This document shows, piece after piece, positions 61,401 to 64,000 of a DNA stretch of 64,000 nt. Source of the stretch: Trypanosoma brucei (taxonomy: Eukaryota); NCBI GenBank assembly GCA_000002445.1, contig CH464491.1, forward strand, positions 2,880,001-2,944,000. Reading direction: 5' to 3'. The position numbers and the translations under genes were made by a program. Positions within the stretch are counted from its first letter, which is position 1. Every line of letters begins with the position of its first letter. Under the pieces are notes generated by a model. The model saw only the letters and a list, made by a program, of their open reading frames with translations, was not told the DNA's origin and did no database searches.

Positions 61401-64000
61401 GACCGTTGAAGGACGATAATGGTGTCTCAAAGACCATTGCTGATTGGAACAATCAGTTCACCCTTGGCATGCTCCACTCGAATGAAGTCGTTAAGTTCAA
61501 GGATGAGATCGTCGCGATTAGCGCGGCTGCAACTGAGGAGGACAAACTGCAGCAACAGATCGACAAGGTCAATGCTCTCTGGAATGGCGGGGGCCCGAAG
61601 CCACCTGTAGAATTTCAGTTTCACAATCATAAAGAGCTTAAGGACGTCTACGTTCTTGTCGGTTCTTCGGTTGAGGATGTGATGGCTCTGCTGGATGACT
61701 CAGTTATTGCGATGTCAAGTATAGGCTCGAGTAGGTGCTGTCAGGGTGTTCTCCGCGCACAGGTGGACCGTTGGGAAAATCGACTTCGGTACATGCAGGA
61801 GACGTTGGACCGTTGGGTGGAGCTGCAGCGGCACTGGATCTACCTAGAAAACATTTTTTCCTCCGCAGAAATTCGTTCGCAGTGGAAGGACGATGCCAAA
61901 CGTTTCGAAAAAGTTGACCGCTTTTACCGCGACCTAATGCGGAAGGCGCATGATATGCCCACCGCCTATCGCGGGCTCCTCATCAATGCCCCAGTGGAGA
62001 CCGGTGAGCAACAGAATACGAAAACGCTCAAGTACGATCTCGAAGGGAATATTAAGGAATTAGAGAAAGTTTTGGCAAGTCTAGAGCGAAAGCTGGAAGA
62101 AAAACGCTGTGCATTCCCTCGGTTCTACTTCCTAAGCAACGACGATATGCTCGACATTTTTGCTAAGGTCAAGTCGCCTGAGTTGATCATGCCACATATG
62201 CTGAAGATGTTTGACGGTATTAAAACATTATCCTTCACGGAGACGAATGATATCACTCATCTTGTGTCGATGGAGGGGGAGCGTGTTGAGTTAGTGAACA
62301 AGAGCATCAAGGCGCGTGGGCCAGTGGAGGTGTGGATCGATATGTTGGAGCGGGAGATGTTCTCTACACTTCGCAAGCATGCTAACACCTGTCTCACTGA
62401 CTACGAGCAGCGTGGTGACCGCGAGTCATGGATGTTTCAGCATGCAGTGCAGCTTGTTCTGATCATGGAACAATTGCTGTGGACGCGTGGGGTGGAAGAG
62501 GCACTCACAAGTGAAAACCCTGCGGAGGCGATGAGTCGTTTCAAGGAAGCAAACTACAAAGCTTTGGAGAGCCTTGCCGGTCTCACAGCGAGGAAATTGT
62601 CGAAGGTGCAGCGTATTCTTCTTTCCACACTTATTACGATTGATGTTCATGGACGCGACTTGGTGGACGAGATGTATGAAAGCAATGTGCTAGACGTCAA
62701 AGAATTTGGGTGGACGAAGCAACTCCGCGTGTATTGGGAGCAAGATACGGACGGGTATGGTAATTGCTTTATAAGGCAGAACAACTCACGTTTTGTTTAC
62801 GGGTACGAATACCTGGGAGCTCAGGGGCGTCTAGTCATTACCCCTCTTACGGATCGCATTTACATGACTGTAACAGGTGCACTCAAGCTGCAGTTGGGAG
62901 CAGCTCCTGCGGGCCCCGCTGGCACAGGGAAAACAGAGACTGTGAAGGACTTAGCAAAGAATTTGGCACGCCAGTGTATCGTGTACAACTGCTCCGATGG
63001 TGTAACGTACAAGATGATGGAAAAATTCTTCTCAGGCCTCATTCAGACGGGAGCATGGACGTGCCTTGATGAGTTTAATCGAATCAATATAGAGGTGCTA
63101 TCCGTGATTGCCTCACAGCTATTTGAAATCAAGCTTGCGCTGCAGAATGGACTGGAGACATTCACGTTCCAGGGTACACCGAATGTTCGTGTGCGCCCCA
63201 CCTATGGTGCTTTTGTTACCATGAACCCCGGTTATGCAGGACGTACTGAGCTTCCTGATAACCTGAAGATACTCTTCCGTCCAGTGGCCGTCATGACACC
63301 TGACTTCCGCATGATCGCAGAAGTGATCCTGTATTCGGAAGGCTTCAAAAATGCGAAGGATCTTTCTCTTAAAATTACGCAACTGTACAAGCTTAGTTCG
63401 GAGCAACTGTCTCCCCAAGACCACTACGATTTCGGTATGCGTGCGCTCAAGTCCATTCTTGTAATGGCCGGTGACCTGAAGAGGTCGCAGCCGGATGTGG
63501 AGGAGGATCTTACTTTGATTGTTGCCTGTAATGATTCAAACGTCCCGAAGTTTGTCGCGGAAGATCTCCCGCTGTTTCGTGGTATTATGCAAGATCTTTT
63601 CCCTGGGGTCCACTTCCCCGAACGGCAGTATGAGGAATTGCTACCTGCCATGCAGAAAAGTATTGATGGGAATAAGTTGGTGGCACTCGATACGTGGGTA
63701 ACAAAAGGCATTCAGTTCTATGAAACGTTGATTGTTCGCCATGGTGTTATGTTGGTTGGTGTCACGGGGACAGGGAAGACAGAGATACGCACGTGTATAT
63801 CAGAGGCACTTACGTCAATGTCCGAGGCGGAATCAAGCAACCCCATGGCACGACCAGTGCATCAGTTTATCATGAATCCCAAATCTGTGATGATGCATGA
63901 GCTGTACGGTCTTTTAGACGTAAATACTAACGAGTGGCGAGACGGCGTTCTGTCAGTGATTGCGAAGAACTGTGTCCGTGAGTCTGAGGTTAACAAAGAT
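58451..64000 (+). CDS. axonemal dynein heavy chain, 5' part (tail, linker, AAA1 and start of AAA2), likely a single-headed inner-arm type; truncated by the window end
   Basis: An open frame with no stop runs from the ATG at 58451 to 64000 and is absent from the track because it has no stop. Linker motif WVELQRHWIYLENIFSSAEIRSQWKDDAKRFEKVDRFYR. AAA1 Walker A and B in LITPLTDRIYMTVTGALKLQLGAAPAGPAGTGKTETVKDLAKNL..VYNCSD..WTCLDEFNRI, with GKT at about codon 1490. The second P-loop is VMLVGVTGTGKTEI. The short tail before AAA1 suggests an inner-arm class. Confidence 0.85.
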   Translation, partial: MGTGADDGKAGRHQPMPQVQKKEIVHRNPNHVARDVFDLRGTSNPLAMQLYSDGISSGPLLGIPNRLVRDLQPLSTNARKRCHSDAAFSHHSGDGAGHDGRTTKHGTLQLYRPPVCGEEELKEHFAAVALEGKEVRVPTKRHRSRPGRLDPLKGTLQSSTSGSPSYGENEGNEGREGQKNIGDANNSAPNENVGPIPRFTKLRSNAPNEFTYLVMRPRGIRSPYNPYDLQVVSHRDVDPSHYYTVSAAGVTKFSGHEAEFIELHTWERDCRVFNQLRELDVFREYKKWKSFLLWRGLVRNHAMSNCKTFLTKNLFHVHPQLSAALQTVQRICLNFVNSSRIHPPATETRTLEALCATLAAHLNFQRNRLDKMIKNIRDTVERAAKAAMLAAQIERESISALHAEDEKKKKKLIDVRELGTQQKPTYIEMSQKKAVCQRITAFIRLCDYIIVNCLTKLAATAVEDVDRDFQYPRPDKQQDSVTSPLNKNSWRGKRQEGHKAEAPKPTGPFTGPILSLNVVYREDSQSIEITPSLAHITECVEDVVEDYIKTLSAVPRLLTMDAFKVFTENAAHDSQKEVLSGPAVGEMIVSEEAYKQHMTSVRYGITRAFGDVEEYVNSFQCFRDMYVENSSLDADSIQKRTQNLEFFRERLALYKSQSDAISTKIPSSKDVALFTVYTEELRDFFTPSPVVCLETFHRLLPVIAHQQNELLLADLQSCNTYLAAQPKTVEHYVEYLAYNKALEARFDTLAASYDFVREFFTLLQDEKVEIEEDLEETYRSGTRPQFEKLRTQMQIVEDAKDSQQRYFIRNVDEQLDELRRSIEDVYNRAGQPVIADANADMDEVIHFITDLQAEAERIAAREKKLRQYQIAIGAEETVVETMSDMLNDVNIKARLWVGMREWDEFVESYGPIPFDQLNVQEVQETVQKYVMTVKQVSTKLPGNSAVNKLKSKVEAWRILLPILQALTNPKMKLEHITKVSNAVGPLKDDNGVSKTIADWNNQFTLGMLHSNEVVKFKDEIVAISAAATEEDKLQQQIDKVNALWNGGGPKPPVEFQFHNHKELKDVYVLVGSSVEDVMALLDDSVIAMSSIGSSRCCQGVLRAQVDRWENRLRYMQETLDRWVELQRHWIYLENIFSSAEIRSQWKDDAKRFEKVDRFYRDLMRKAHDMPTAYRGLLINAPVETGEQQNTKTLKYDLEGNIKELEKVLASLERKLEEKRCAFPRFYFLSNDDMLDIFAKVKSPELIMPHMLKMFDGIKTLSFTETNDITHLVSMEGERVELVNKSIKARGPVEVWIDMLEREMFSTLRKHANTCLTDYEQRGDRESWMFQHAVQLVLIMEQLLWTRGVEEALTSENPAEAMSRFKEANYKALESLAGLTARKLSKVQRILLSTLITIDVHGRDLVDEMYESNVLDVKEFGWTKQLRVYWEQDTDGYGNCFIRQNNSRFVYGYEYLGAQGRLVITPLTDRIYMTVTGALKLQLGAAPAGPAGTGKTETVKDLAKNLARQCIVYNCSDGVTYKMMEKFFSGLIQTGAWTCLDEFNRINIEVLSVIASQLFEIKLALQNGLETFTFQGTPNVRVRPTYGAFVTMNPGYAGRTELPDNLKILFRPVAVMTPDFRMIAEVILYSEGFKNAKDLSLKITQLYKLSSEQLSPQDHYDFGMRALKSILVMAGDLKRSQPDVEEDLTLIVACNDSNVPKFVAEDLPLFRGIMQDLFPGVHFPERQYEELLPAMQKSIDGNKLVALDTWVTKGIQFYETLIVRHGVMLVGVTGTGKTEIRTCISEALTSMSEAESSNPMARPVHQFIMNPKSVMMHELYGLLDVNTNEWRDGVLSVIAKNCVRESEVNKD

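Noticed and set aside
1-64000. Prokaryotic-style interpretations (operons, phage defence islands, integrons, IS elements)
   Set aside because: Intron-less genes on one strand separated by polypyrimidine tracts, the protein repertoire (dynein, nucleoporin-like FG proteins, COG8, Vps-C, NEK, SPX transporter) and the codon and composition pattern indicate a trypanosomatid nuclear polycistron. No transposase, integrase or terminal inverted repeats were seen.

Overview
This 64-kb window is nuclear DNA from a kinetoplastid, most probably Trypanosoma brucei or a very close relative, not a prokaryote. About 25 intron-less protein-coding genes all sit on the + strand in one head-to-tail array, which is the layout of a trypanosomatid polycistronic transcription unit. 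Genes are separated by pyrimidine-rich intergenic stretches that serve as trans-splicing signals. No rRNA gene, tRNA gene, CRISPR array or transposon can be supported by eye. The provided ORF track sometimes begins ORFs at GTG or TTG codons, so I moved starts to the first in-frame ATG where this mattered.

Genes recognised, in order:
- SFT2-family vesicle-transport protein
- methylthioribose-1-phosphate isomerase
- a calponin-homology-domain protein
- a charged coiled-coil protein
- a ~1700-aa Vps8/Vps41-like HOPS/CORVET-type protein with a C-terminal RING-H2 finger
- an RNase-PH-like exosome subunit
- an SDS22-type leucine-rich-repeat protein
- two adjacent giant FG-repeat genes, one with zinc fingers plus 60-bp repeats and one with about ninety 39-bp repeats, which best fit the kinetoplastid nucleoporins Nup149 and Nup140
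- glucosamine-6-phosphate N-acetyltransferase (GNA1)
- a NEK-type protein kinase
- an FHA-domain protein
- a WD40 protein
- an SPX-domain Na/phosphate transporter (Pho91-like)
- a COG8/Dor1-like subunit
- the first ~1850 codons of an axonemal dynein heavy chain, which runs off the window end

Several further ORFs are hypothetical. The points worth a second look are the near-perfect modular triplication inside the Nup149-like gene, the non-random layout of repeat subtypes in both FG genes, an ~11.7-kb interval with no convincing ORF in the middle of a same-strand gene array, two small unassigned ORFs, and a pair of overlapping out-of-frame ORFs that end in a CaaX-like CCVI. I found no evidence of a prokaryote-style defence system or other undescribed system.
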